Below are positions 1 to 9,084 of a stretch of DNA of 64,000 nt, piece after piece; position 1 is the stretch's first letter; each line of letters opens with the position of its first letter. The notes under the pieces were generated by a model that saw nothing but the letters and a program-made list of their open reading frames with translations, had not been told where the DNA came from and ran no database searches. The stretch comes from Deltaproteobacteria bacterium (GTDB lineage: Bacteria; Myxococcota_A; UBA9160; SMWR01): assembly GCA_032128115.1 (NCBI GenBank), contig JAQBHB010000047.1, forward strand, positions 160,001-224,000, read 5' to 3'. A program made the translations under genes and the position numbers.

Positions 1-266
1 CGGTCTTCCGGGCGCGCCAGATCGAGCACCACCCCCTGCTTCGAGGCATTCAGATACTGGAACAACGCTCCGTCCTGCCCGTCGGGAATCGCCGTGCCCG
101 ACGCGGTCCAGCGGCGCAGGGAGTCGCCGCCGGGCGGCTCCACCTTCATCACCTCGGCGCCCGCGTCGACCAACAGCTTGGTGCAATAGGGGCCAGCGAT
201 CCCGGTGGAGAGATCCACGACGCGCGAGCCCGCGAGCGGCCACTCTGTCGTCTTCGATGCCGTCAC
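1..266 (-). CDS. CaiB/BaiF family III CoA-transferase (5' part, runs off window)
   Basis: Manual translation from GTG at 266: MTASKTTEWPLAGSRVVDLSTGIAGPYCTKLLVDAGAEVMKVEPPGGDSLR...LFQYLNASKQGVVLDL, the typical CaiB N-terminus. GGAGG SD at 275-279 (minus). Not in ORF track. Confidence 0.9.
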   Translation of the reverse strand, partial: MTASKTTEWPLAGSRVVDLSTGIAGPYCTKLLVDAGAEVMKVEPPGGDSLRRWTASGTAIPDGQDGALFQYLNASKQGVVLDLARPED

Positions 267-366
267 CGGGCCTGCCTCCGGTTCCCATTCTGGCACAGAA
301 TCTCGACGAACCGCCCCGTCAGGCCCCGCCGGATCCCGGTACAATCGCCCCTGAGATCGTTGCATC

Positions 367-1623
367 ATGGGCGCCGGGGAGCGGTTGGCAATCGAAGAGC
401 CGGAGAACGGATCCCCGTGGAGCCACGCGGGCGATACGTTCCGGATTCCCCACTTCTTCACTCTATGGTCGTCGAACCTGATCCAGTTCGTGTCCGCCTT
501 CGTCTACACGGTGGTCCTGGCCTGGCTCGTGACGAGCCTGACCGAGTCGAGAACCGTGGTGGGCCTGGTGGGCTTCGCACAGGGCGGGGTGATGTTCCTG
601 GCCTCGCCGCTGGCCGGCGTGGCCGTCGATCGACTGTCGAAGCGGCACCTGCTCTTCGTCGGGCGGCTGGGGCTGGCGGGGGTGGTGGCGGCCATCGCCG
701 CCCTGGTCGCCGTCGGGCACATCGAGATCTGGCACATCCTGGTGGCATCGGTGGCCGGGGGGCTGCTCACGGCTCTCATGCAGCCGGCCACCCAGACCTA
801 TGTGTTCGACGTGGTGAACCGGCAGCACCTCCAGAGCGCGGTCTCCCTCAACGCGGGAGCCACGAGCGTGGCGCACACGGCGGGTCCGCTGGTGGGCGGG
901 GCCCTGGTGGGCGCCATCGGCTTCGTCGGGGCGTACGTGTCCGCCGCGGTCGGCCTCGTGCTCTCGGCCTTGCTTCTGCTCTCGATTCCGGTGATCGGAC
1001 GGGCGAAGCCGTCGGTGAGCCACGCCCACTGGGCGTCGGACCTGCGCCAGGGGCTGGCCTACGTGTGGTCGCATCCTCCCGTGCGCCTGGTGCTGATGGC
1101 GTGCTCCATGTCCGTGTTCAACGGCTCCGTGGCCGCCATGCGACCCATCTTCGCTCGACACGTGCTCGGCGTGGACAGCGTGGGCTATGGAGCCATGGCA
1201 GCGGCCGCGGGCCTCGGCGGCCTCGCAACGGCCGTGGTGCTGGCGGGGCTTCCCAGCGCCCGGCGGCCGGGCCCCTGGATCGTGGCCAGCATGCTGGTGT
1301 TCGCCCTGCTGATCGTCCTGTACGCCTTCGCCTTCTCGTTCGAGTACATCCTGGTCATCGAGCTTCTCACCGGCGTCGCCGGTCAGGTCTGGATGGTGTC
1401 GACCTTTTCGGGGCTGCAGATGGCGGTTCCCGAAGAAATGCGCGGCCGGGTGGTGAGCCTCGTCTTCACGGTCGTGATGCTGGCGCCCATCGGCGGCCTG
1501 TTCGTGGGGCTGCTGGCCGACAGCATCGGCGACCGCTTCGCCCTGGGGATCTTCGGGATGATTCCGGCGGTCGTCCTGGCCGGGATGCTGGTGGGCGGAT
1601 ACCGCTCTCTGCGTCGGCTCTGA
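367..1623 (+). CDS. MFS transporter (MFS_3/EntS-like)
   Basis: About 12 hydrophobic segments, motif A-like GVAVDRLSKR, VPEEMRGRVVSL; TACAAT -10-like hexamer at 340-345. Confidence 0.9.
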   Translation: MGAGERLAIEEPENGSPWSHAGDTFRIPHFFTLWSSNLIQFVSAFVYTVVLAWLVTSLTESRTVVGLVGFAQGGVMFLASPLAGVAVDRLSKRHLLFVGRLGLAGVVAAIAALVAVGHIEIWHILVASVAGGLLTALMQPATQTYVFDVVNRQHLQSAVSLNAGATSVAHTAGPLVGGALVGAIGFVGAYVSAAVGLVLSALLLLSIPVIGRAKPSVSHAHWASDLRQGLAYVWSHPPVRLVLMACSMSVFNGSVAAMRPIFARHVLGVDSVGYGAMAAAAGLGGLATAVVLAGLPSARRPGPWIVASMLVFALLIVLYAFAFSFEYILVIELLTGVAGQVWMVSTFSGLQMAVPEEMRGRVVSLVFTVVMLAPIGGLFVGLLADSIGDRFALGIFGMIPAVVLAGMLVGGYRSLRRL

Positions 1624-1724
1624 CCCCCCGGGGAGTCCGATTTTCGGCCTTCCCCTACGGCGTTCGGTGATACACTGACTGGCGTTGAGAGCCGGAGGGG
1701 GAAAGCCGGCTCGACGAGGCCGCG

Positions 1725-2942
1725 ATGAGGCAGCTCATCGGACCGCTCGTTCTCGTCGCTTCGCTCCTCGCGCTGGGGTGTGGGGACTCGGGGTCGACCG
1801 GGGACGCGCGCGCGCCCGAGAAGATCGCCACGCTCGCCACTCCGGAGGTGAGCCGGGACGCGATCGCCCGGACCGCCCGCGTGCAGCGGCACGTGGACGG
1901 GGTGCCCGTCTACCGCCGTGAGATCCTCTCGCCCGTCTATCACATCGACCGCCTGTACAAGTCCATGCGCGGGCCCATGAGCAACGTGGCCTTCCGCCTG
2001 CACGAGCGCGAGGCCGAACTGCTGTGGATCACGGGATACCGGGCCGACGTGGTGGCCTCCGACGGGCGCACTCCCCTATCGGCCGAGTTCATGTGCCACA
2101 GCAGTCTCGAGGTGAATGGAGCGCGCTACCTGCAGCGCTTTCCCACCGAGATGGGTCTCACCAGCGATCGCCTGTTCACGGCGTCTCAGGGCCAGCTCGG
2201 TCTCGAGCTGCCCGAGGGCTTCGGGATTCCCATGCTCTCCACCAGCCACCTGACTCTCAACACCCAGGTGTTGAACCACAATCTCGGCGACGCGGACATC
2301 GAGGCTCGCCATCGCGTCTCCATCGACTTCATCCGCGACCGCGACCTGGAGACACCGCTCCGCCCCCTGATGCAGCGGGGTGTCTATGCCCTCAGGCTCA
2401 CCGACGGGGCCGACGGTCACTTCGGACTGGCGAGCGTGGACGCGGACGAATCCAAGCACGGGCCGGGTTGCTTGCCCGGAGACGACGCCAGCGGCCGCGA
2501 GAGCCATCTGGAGTTCGACGAGCAGGGTCGCCAGTTCACGGGTTTCTGGGTGGTGGAGCCGGGGCGCGACGTGAATCACACGCGTGTGACCACGAAGCTG
2601 GATCTCCCCTACGACAGCACGGTTCACGCGATCGCCGTGCACCTGCATCCTTTCGCCGAGTCGCTCGAGCTCCGTGATCTGACGGCGAACGCAACGGTGT
2701 TCCACAGCCGCGCGCAACAGGTCGAGTCGGGAATTGGGCTCTCGCATGTGGAGACCTTCGTGAGCCGAGACGGGCTTCCCCTGTACGCGGACCACGAGTA
2801 CGAACTCGTCAGCGTCTACGACAACACCAGTGACGAGGACCAGGATTCCATGGCGGTCATGTATCTCTACGTTCTCGTTCGCGACCTCCCGGATCTGCGC
2901 GGCCTGGTCGGCACCACGACCGCCACGATCGCAACTCCCTGA
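1725..2942 (+). CDS. Lipoprotein with copper type II monooxygenase-like (PHM/DBM-like) C-terminal domain
   Basis: Lipobox LALGC; HAIAVHLHPFA (HxH) plus YDNTS...DSMAVMYLY (Met) resemble a CuM site. Confidence 0.55.
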   Translation: MRQLIGPLVLVASLLALGCGDSGSTGDARAPEKIATLATPEVSRDAIARTARVQRHVDGVPVYRREILSPVYHIDRLYKSMRGPMSNVAFRLHEREAELLWITGYRADVVASDGRTPLSAEFMCHSSLEVNGARYLQRFPTEMGLTSDRLFTASQGQLGLELPEGFGIPMLSTSHLTLNTQVLNHNLGDADIEARHRVSIDFIRDRDLETPLRPLMQRGVYALRLTDGADGHFGLASVDADESKHGPGCLPGDDASGRESHLEFDEQGRQFTGFWVVEPGRDVNHTRVTTKLDLPYDSTVHAIAVHLHPFAESLELRDLTANATVFHSRAQQVESGIGLSHVETFVSRDGLPLYADHEYELVSVYDNTSDEDQDSMAVMYLYVLVRDLPDLRGLVGTTTATIATP

Positions 2943-3008
2943 AATCGCGGTATCGCCGGCAGCGGGCGGCCCGGTGCCCTAGCGTGGCTTTTCGGGAGGG
3001 CCCGCGGC

Positions 3009-4241
3009 ATGTCGCGATGGCCGGTTCGGCTCTACAACGGGGTGCAGCGAGCCCGCTGGAAGCTGGGCGGGGCGCCAGTCGGCTTCCGCGACGGCGAGGA
3101 CGCGCACTTGGAGGCCGCCCGGTCGGCGACGGGCCTCGACGACTTCGGCGATCCGGGCTTTCGTGAGGGCCTCGGGGTTCTGCTCCGGGCCTACGACGAG
3201 GAGGCGCGCCTCACGCCCTTCGGTCGTCGGATGGTGTCGGCCGAACTCACCGGGATCCTGGCGGCGCGCCTGACCGTGGAGGCCGCCTGGAAGCGCGAGC
3301 CCCGGGTGCTCGACGAGCCGATCCGACGCCCGATCTTCGTGCTGGGCCTGCCGCGCACGGGAACCACGGCGCTCCACTCGCTGCTTGCCCAGGACCCGGA
3401 GCACCAGGTGCTCGAATACTGGCTGGCAACGGCGCCAGGGCCGCGGCCTCCCCGCAGTGCGTGGCAGCGCGATCCGCGCTTCGTGGCCGCCCGCCGTGGG
3501 CTTCGCACGCTGTACTTCCTGGATCCGGGACTCAAGTCAATCCACCTGCTCACGCCTGAGGGTCCCGACGAGTGCCGGCACCTGTTCGTGCAATCCTTCG
3601 TCGACCACACGTTCGATTCCAACGCCCACATCCCCAGCTACACCCGCTGGTTTGCGAGCCAGGACATGCGTCCGGCCTACGCACGCCACCGCGATGTCCT
3701 CAAGCTGATCGGGTCGCCTACCCCGGAGCGGCGCTGGGTGCTCAAGTATCCGGCCCACCTGCGCGAACTGCCGGCGCTGCTCGAGACCTACCCGGACGCC
3801 TGTATCGTGCAGACCCACCGGGATCCCGCCCGGGTGCTTCCCTCCCTGTGCAGCCTGGTGGCGGGCTGGCGTTCGCTCTACGAGGATCCGGTGGATGCAC
3901 GGGCGCTGGGCCGCTGGCAGCTGGACATGCTCTCGGACATGGTGGTGGGTGCCGTGGCCACGCGGAGTGCGGCCGATCCGTCGTGTTTCTACGACTTCCA
4001 TTTCGACGACGTGCTCTCGGATCCGGTGGGTGGTGTGAAGCGCATGTACAAGCACTTCGGACTGGAGCTGACGGCCGAGGCCGAGCGTCGCATGCGAGCC
4101 TGGCACGCGCAGCATCCCCAGGGCGCGCACGGCGGGCACGGCTACACGTCCGCGCAGTTTGGCCTGTCCGACGGCGAGATCCGCGAGCGCTTCGGCCCCT
4201 ACATCGAGCGCCATGGGGTGGCGTCAGAGGCCGGAACCTAG
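3009..4241 (+). CDS. Sulfotransferase (Sulfotransfer_3 family)
   Basis: PIFVLGLPRTGTT 5'-PSB loop, WVLKYPAH, THRDPARVLPS 3'-PB motif. Confidence 0.9.
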   Translation: MSRWPVRLYNGVQRARWKLGGAPVGFRDGEDAHLEAARSATGLDDFGDPGFREGLGVLLRAYDEEARLTPFGRRMVSAELTGILAARLTVEAAWKREPRVLDEPIRRPIFVLGLPRTGTTALHSLLAQDPEHQVLEYWLATAPGPRPPRSAWQRDPRFVAARRGLRTLYFLDPGLKSIHLLTPEGPDECRHLFVQSFVDHTFDSNAHIPSYTRWFASQDMRPAYARHRDVLKLIGSPTPERRWVLKYPAHLRELPALLETYPDACIVQTHRDPARVLPSLCSLVAGWRSLYEDPVDARALGRWQLDMLSDMVVGAVATRSAADPSCFYDFHFDDVLSDPVGGVKRMYKHFGLELTAEAERRMRAWHAQHPQGAHGGHGYTSAQFGLSDGEIRERFGPYIERHGVASEAGT

Positions 4242-4304
4242 CTTCGCTCCTTCCAGAACCAGCGGCCCTCGCGTCTCGGGGCCCGCGCTCTATGCTGGGG
4301 CCCC

Positions 4305-5075
4305 ATGGGTCTGCTCGATGGAAAGATCGCCGTGGTTACGGGAGCGGGCGCCGGCATCGGTCGCGCCACGGCGCTGCTATTCGCCCGCGAAGGGGCGCGC
4401 GTCACCGTGGCCGATCGCGACGAGGCCGGCGGCCGCCAGACGACCGAGCAGATCGTGGCCGCCGGCGGCGAGTCGCTCTTCGTGCAGACCGATGTATCGC
4501 GCAGCGACCAGGTCGAGGCCATGGTTGCGAAAACCGTGGAGGTCTTCGGGGGACTGGACTGCGCATCGAACAATGCCGCCTCGGCGGGGGGCTTTGGATA
4601 CACGGCCGACATCTCCGAGAAGGCCTTCGATCTGGCGATTCAGGTGACCCTCAAGGGTGTGTGGCTGTGCATGAAGTACCAGATCCCGGCCATGCTCGAG
4701 CGGGGCGGCGGCTCGATCGTGAACATCGGCTCGGCGTCGGCGATCAAGGGGGAAGCGCTGCTCCCGGCCTATTCGGCGGCCAAGGGGGGCGTCCTGGCAC
4801 TCACCAAGACCGCCGCCGCCGAGTATGCCGAGCGCGGGATCCGGGTGAACGCAGTGTGCCCCGGCGGCGTTCGCACGCCCTCGCTGGAGCAATACCTGGC
4901 GCGTTCGCCGGATCTTGCGGAGCGCACCGTGAACAGCCACGCCATGAAGCGGATCGCCGAGCCCGACGAGATCGCGCAAGGCGTCGCCTGGCTGTGCTCG
5001 GATCGCTCGTCGTTCGCCACCGGACAGATCATGGTGTTGGACGGGGGCAGCCTGGTGAAATCACACCTGTTCTGA
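4305..5075 (+). CDS. SDR family oxidoreductase (probably NAD-dependent)
   Basis: TGAGAGIG, acidic residue in VADRD, NNAA, YSAAK. Confidence 0.95.
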   Translation: MGLLDGKIAVVTGAGAGIGRATALLFAREGARVTVADRDEAGGRQTTEQIVAAGGESLFVQTDVSRSDQVEAMVAKTVEVFGGLDCASNNAASAGGFGYTADISEKAFDLAIQVTLKGVWLCMKYQIPAMLERGGGSIVNIGSASAIKGEALLPAYSAAKGGVLALTKTAAAEYAERGIRVNAVCPGGVRTPSLEQYLARSPDLAERTVNSHAMKRIAEPDEIAQGVAWLCSDRSSFATGQIMVLDGGSLVKSHLF

Positions 5076-5093
5076 GCAAGAGGAAGATCCCGC

Positions 5094-5957
5094 GTGAAGT
5101 TCTGGCAGACGCTTTCGTTCACCGAGACGGACCAGCTGGTCGACCTGGCGAAGATCAGCGAGGAAGTGGGCTTCCACGGCGTCTTCCTCTCGGACCACGT
5201 GTTCGTGCCCGAGAAGATCGGGTCGCGGTATCCCTACTCGGAGGACGGCAGCCCGCCGTTCACGACCGAAACCGAGTGGCCCGAACCGTGGGTCAGCATC
5301 GGAGCCATGGCGGCCGTCACCACCCGGCTGCATTTCAGCACGGCCATCTACATCGCTCCCCTGCGCCATCCCCTGGAGGTGGCAAAGTCGGTTTCCACCG
5401 CCTCGATCCTGTCCGGCGGGCGCGTGGCCCTGGGTGTGGGCGCGGGCTGGGTGGCCGAGGAGTATGCCCAGCTGGGGCGGGAGTTCGGGAACCGGGGTCG
5501 CCGACTGGACGAGATGATCCAGGTGCTGCGCTGCGTCTGGAAGGGGGGCATGGTCGAGCACCGCGGGGCCCACTACGCGTTCGATCGCCTGCAGGTGAGT
5601 CCGGCGCCGGGCGCTCCCATTCCCATCTACGTGGGGGGCGCCAGTGGACCCGCCCTTCGCCGGGCGGCACGCAACGACGGCTGGATCGGAGCCGGGAACG
5701 ATCCGGACGCGGTGCCGGCACTGGTGGAGAGGCTGCGCGGGCTGCGCACGGAGGCCGGGCGGGAATCCGAGCCCTTCGAAACCATCGTTGCGGTTACGGT
5801 GCCCCCGGACCGGGATCTCTTCCGGCGCCTGGAAGACGCGGGAGTCACCGGCATGATCAGCTACCCGATGCTGTTCACGCTGGGGCCCGGGACCACGCTC
5901 GACCAGAAACGCGCTGCACTCGAGCAGTACGGCAACGACATCATCGCTCGAACCTGA
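5094..5957 (+). CDS. LLM class oxidoreductase, probably F420-dependent (TIGR03619-like)
   Basis: SDHVFVP, PLRHPLEVAK, SGGRVALGVGAGW..EEY, PIYVGG. Confidence 0.85.
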   Translation: MKFWQTLSFTETDQLVDLAKISEEVGFHGVFLSDHVFVPEKIGSRYPYSEDGSPPFTTETEWPEPWVSIGAMAAVTTRLHFSTAIYIAPLRHPLEVAKSVSTASILSGGRVALGVGAGWVAEEYAQLGREFGNRGRRLDEMIQVLRCVWKGGMVEHRGAHYAFDRLQVSPAPGAPIPIYVGGASGPALRRAARNDGWIGAGNDPDAVPALVERLRGLRTEAGRESEPFETIVAVTVPPDRDLFRRLEDAGVTGMISYPMLFTLGPGTTLDQKRAALEQYGNDIIART

Positions 5958-5961
5958 TGCC

Positions 5962-6006
5962 AGCGCGCCCGCCGAAGGCTCGCGGCGGGCCTTCGGCGGG
6001 CGCGCT
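5962..6006. repeat. Perfect 18-bp inverted repeat / GC-rich hairpin
   Basis: AGCGCGCCCGCCGAAGGC (5962-5979) pairs with GCCTTCGGCGGGCGCGCT (5989-6006), 9-nt loop, just after the LLM stop; no U-tract. Confidence 0.85.
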
Positions 6007-6038
6007 AGGCTGCAGTCCGCGCGGGTCCAGGAGGAATC

Positions 6039-7040
6039 ATGGCTTCGTCGCTGCGGAACTGGGGCGAGATCCTGCGCACCCAGAACCTGTCGTCCGAGCG
6101 GACGATGGATCGGGTTTCCCGCTGGCTGCTGATCACTCGCGCCAGCGTCTTCCCCATGACCATAACGTCGGCCCTGATCGGTGGTGTGCTGGCGGCGGGT
6201 GACCGGAACGCGAACTGGATCTACTTCACGGTCGCGCTGATCGGGCTTACCCTGGCCCACGCCGCCAACAACATGATCAACGACTACTTCGACCTGGAAG
6301 AGGGGGTCGATACAGACGAGTACGTGCGCGCTCAGTACGCGCCCCATCCGGTGCTCTCGGGCATGATCTCGAAGAAGGGGCTGTTGCTGGCCATCGCCGT
6401 GGTCAACCTGATCGACCTGGCGATCCTGCTCTTTCTCACGGAGGTGCGCGGCTGGCCGGTGGCGGCCTTCGCCATCGCGGGGCTGTTCATCAGCGTGTTC
6501 TACGTGGCGCCGCCGCTGAAGCTCAAGCACCGGGGCCTGGGTGAGCCCGGCGTGTTCCTGGTGTGGGGGCCGCTGATGATCGGCGGCACCTATTATGCCA
6601 CCGCGGGGACCATGCCGGCCTGGGTGCTGGTGGCGAGCCTTCCGTACGCGATCCTGGTCACCAGCGTGCTCATGGGAAAGCACATCGACAAGTTCGAGGC
6701 CGACAGCGAGCGCCACATCCGGACGCTTCCGGTGATCATGGGGCGAGAGCGCGCCACGTTCCTGACCCAGGAGCTGATGGTGGCGTTCTTCGTGCTGGTA
6801 TTGTGCCTGGTGCTGCTTGGCACTTTCGGCCTGTGGACGCTGCTGGTGTTCGGGGCGGTGCCCAACCTGTGGCAGTCGCTGCGGATCTACAACCAGCCGA
6901 AGCCGTCGTCTCCGCCAGCCAACTATCCAATCTGGCCGCTCTGGTATGTGGCCTGGGCCTTCCGCCTCACCCGCAACGCGGGCGCGTTGTTGGTGATCGG
7001 ATTGATCCTGAGCGCCATCTTCCCCGATCACCGGCTCTAG
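6039..7040 (+). CDS. menA: UbiA-family prenyltransferase, MenA-like (DHNA polyprenyltransferase)
   Basis: NMINDYFD..GVD Asp-rich motif, FYVAPPLKLKHRGLGE, D..AD....IRTLPV; strong SD AGGAGG. Confidence 0.7.
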   Translation: MASSLRNWGEILRTQNLSSERTMDRVSRWLLITRASVFPMTITSALIGGVLAAGDRNANWIYFTVALIGLTLAHAANNMINDYFDLEEGVDTDEYVRAQYAPHPVLSGMISKKGLLLAIAVVNLIDLAILLFLTEVRGWPVAAFAIAGLFISVFYVAPPLKLKHRGLGEPGVFLVWGPLMIGGTYYATAGTMPAWVLVASLPYAILVTSVLMGKHIDKFEADSERHIRTLPVIMGRERATFLTQELMVAFFVLVLCLVLLGTFGLWTLLVFGAVPNLWQSLRIYNQPKPSSPPANYPIWPLWYVAWAFRLTRNAGALLVIGLILSAIFPDHRL

Positions 7041-7732
7041 TCCTGGAGCAGCCAGTCGAAGGCGCGGCGCATGACGCGGCGGCCGGCGTGTTGCAGCACC
7101 ACGCCGTGGCTCACCACCACCCGGTCGAAGTCCCAGGCCAGGATCGTTTCCAGGGAACTGCGAAGCGCCTCCCGATCGCGGACCAGGCGCTTGACGTGGC
7201 GCCCGACGGCGAATGCCTCGTGGATGCCCATGGCGCGCATCCACATCCGCGTCCAGAGGTTCTCGCCCCACTGCAGGTTGAAGGCCAGATCGGCGAGAAG
7301 AAGGCTGCGGCTGGCGACGTGGAGGAACGCCACCTCGTTCAGGTAGGGCATCCCGTGGCAGACCTGTTGGTAGAGGCTGCCGGCCCAATCGTCGGGCGCC
7401 CGATCGTCGAGAACCGCGTCGAAGTGAAGCTCCGCGCGTTTCTCGGCGAGGCCCGGCGCGGCGTGACAACGCGCCTCCGGGTAGGCGCGCTGGCAGGCCG
7501 CCACGAACAGATGGTGGACCTTGTTGGGTGCCACCAGGTGGCGGACGGTCCCCAGCGCCGCAAGCTCCGCCCGGCTGGTGGCGTCCAGGGCCACGGGCGA
7601 GTGCAGAAGCAGCGCCCCGTCCGGGAGGCGCACCACCGTCATGCGAGCCCCCACCCGGAGGCCGAACGTCCGCAGGGGGCTCTCGACCGTCCAGAGATCC
7701 TCGTCCAGCTGGCGGAGTCCGGAACTCAGCAA
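7037..7732 (-). CDS. DUF4336 domain protein
   Basis: RMTVVRLPDGALLLHSPV, VAPNKVHH, EVAFLH..SRSLLLADL, WDFDRVVVSHG. Likely TTG start at 7732 overlapping the upstream stop. Confidence 0.8.
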   Translation of the reverse strand: MLSSGLRQLDEDLWTVESPLRTFGLRVGARMTVVRLPDGALLLHSPVALDATSRAELAALGTVRHLVAPNKVHHLFVAACQRAYPEARCHAAPGLAEKRAELHFDAVLDDRAPDDWAGSLYQQVCHGMPYLNEVAFLHVASRSLLLADLAFNLQWGENLWTRMWMRAMGIHEAFAVGRHVKRLVRDREALRSSLETILAWDFDRVVVSHGVVLQHAGRRVMRRAFDWLLQD

Positions 7733-8895
7733 TCGCCTTCGGGCCCACAACATTCCGCCGAGGCCTCGAGGCTGGCGTCGTAGGCCTGGCCCTTGGTCTC
7801 GCGGGATGTGCGCGGAGCCGTGCGTGTGCAGTCGAACGGCCGGCGTTCGGCCTCCGGAATCTCGATCCTCGGCGGCACGGCGATCACGTGCTCATGGTAG
7901 GGATCGGCGCTGAGCAGTCGATAGGTCTTGGCGCACACGGCCGTGCGCTCGCCGCGGCGCAGCACGTGCCCATCGTCGTCCTGAACCTGGCTCCAGGGGC
8001 CCCGGTAGATCACGGCCTGGTTGGCCTCGAAGCAGGGGCCCTGCTTTCCCTTGCTCGCGGTGACGGTGACCGAGCGGAACTCGATGCCCTGGACCACCCG
8101 GAACGGCTCTGCGGCCCACTGGTCTATCGCGATCCCGTGGAAGCCCGCCGCGGCAAGGGCGGCCAACAGCTCGTCTTCCACGAAGGCGCCGGAGACGCAG
8201 CCACTCCACAGCTCCGGATCGGCGCGGAGCTCGTCGGGAACCGGTTCGTCGCTTACGATGTCGGAGATGGCAATCCGGCCCCCCGGGCGCAGCACCCGGA
8301 AGATCTCGCGGATCAACTGGGCGCGGTCGTCCGCATGCACCAGGTTGAGCACACAGTTCGAGACGACCACATCGACCGAGGCATCGGCGATCAGGGGCCG
8401 CTCGCGGCGGAGACGCGCCGCGGCGGCTTGTGCCTCCTCCCAGCCCCGACTGTCGCGAACCGGGCAGTCCGCGAGCCAGGCGTCCAGGGCATCCGGGTCC
8501 AGCGCCAGGTCCTGGATGCGACCGCGCCGGAACTCCACGTTGGCGTAGCCCACCTGTTCGGCCACCCGGGGCGCTGCGCCCCGGGCCAGGGCCAGCATGC
8601 TGTCGTTCATGTCCACGCCGATCACGGAGCCGCGGGGTCCGACCACCTGGGAGGCGATGAAGCAGATCTTGCCGCCGCCGCTCCCCAGGTCGAGCACCGT
8701 GTCGCCGGAACGCACATGACGCGAGGGGTCGCCGCAGCCGTAGTCGCGGTCAAGCACTTCCGGAGGAATCGCCGCCAGGTAACGGGCGTCGTAGTCCACC
8801 GGGCAGCACAGGGCTTCTTCGCGTTCCCGGGCCGCCGCCGCATATCGCGTGCCCACCGCGAGCTCGACTTCGAACGAATCGCTGCTGGATGCCAT
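7726..8895 (-). CDS. arsM: Arsenite methyltransferase-like SAM-dependent methyltransferase (long form)
   Basis: LCCP, YGCGDP, VLDLGSGGG, SNCVLNL, WSGCVSGA (ArsM-type Cys motifs); Cys-rich C-terminal extension. Confidence 0.7.
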   Translation of the reverse strand: MASSSDSFEVELAVGTRYAAAAREREEALCCPVDYDARYLAAIPPEVLDRDYGCGDPSRHVRSGDTVLDLGSGGGKICFIASQVVGPRGSVIGVDMNDSMLALARGAAPRVAEQVGYANVEFRRGRIQDLALDPDALDAWLADCPVRDSRGWEEAQAAAARLRRERPLIADASVDVVVSNCVLNLVHADDRAQLIREIFRVLRPGGRIAISDIVSDEPVPDELRADPELWSGCVSGAFVEDELLAALAAAGFHGIAIDQWAAEPFRVVQGIEFRSVTVTASKGKQGPCFEANQAVIYRGPWSQVQDDDGHVLRRGERTAVCAKTYRLLSADPYHEHVIAVPPRIEIPEAERRPFDCTRTAPRTSRETKGQAYDASLEASAECCGPEGDC

Positions 8896-9084
8896 GGATT
8901 CCGACTCCTGAGGCTCGAGGGGTTGTGGGAAGATCGGGGAGTTCCGGTCGGTTCGATGCGCCGCCTGCCGCGAGGGATTCTAGGTGGTTGTCGGCCCCGT
9001 GGGGCCCGAGCGTCAGGGGCACCGCCGAGGCATCTGGGCTGATAACCTGGCGCGTCATCACAACCCCCAGTGAGGTCTTGAAAA

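Noticed and set aside
7726..7728. TGA after ...GDC in arsM as possible selenocysteine
   Set aside because: No recognisable SECIS, the read-through frame looks meaningless, and the next gene starts here.
3572..7748. Very long alternative-frame ORFs (3572..6202 +, 5061..7748 -)
   Set aside because: Arg/Pro/Gly-rich shadows of real genes, expected at this GC content; no recognisable motifs.
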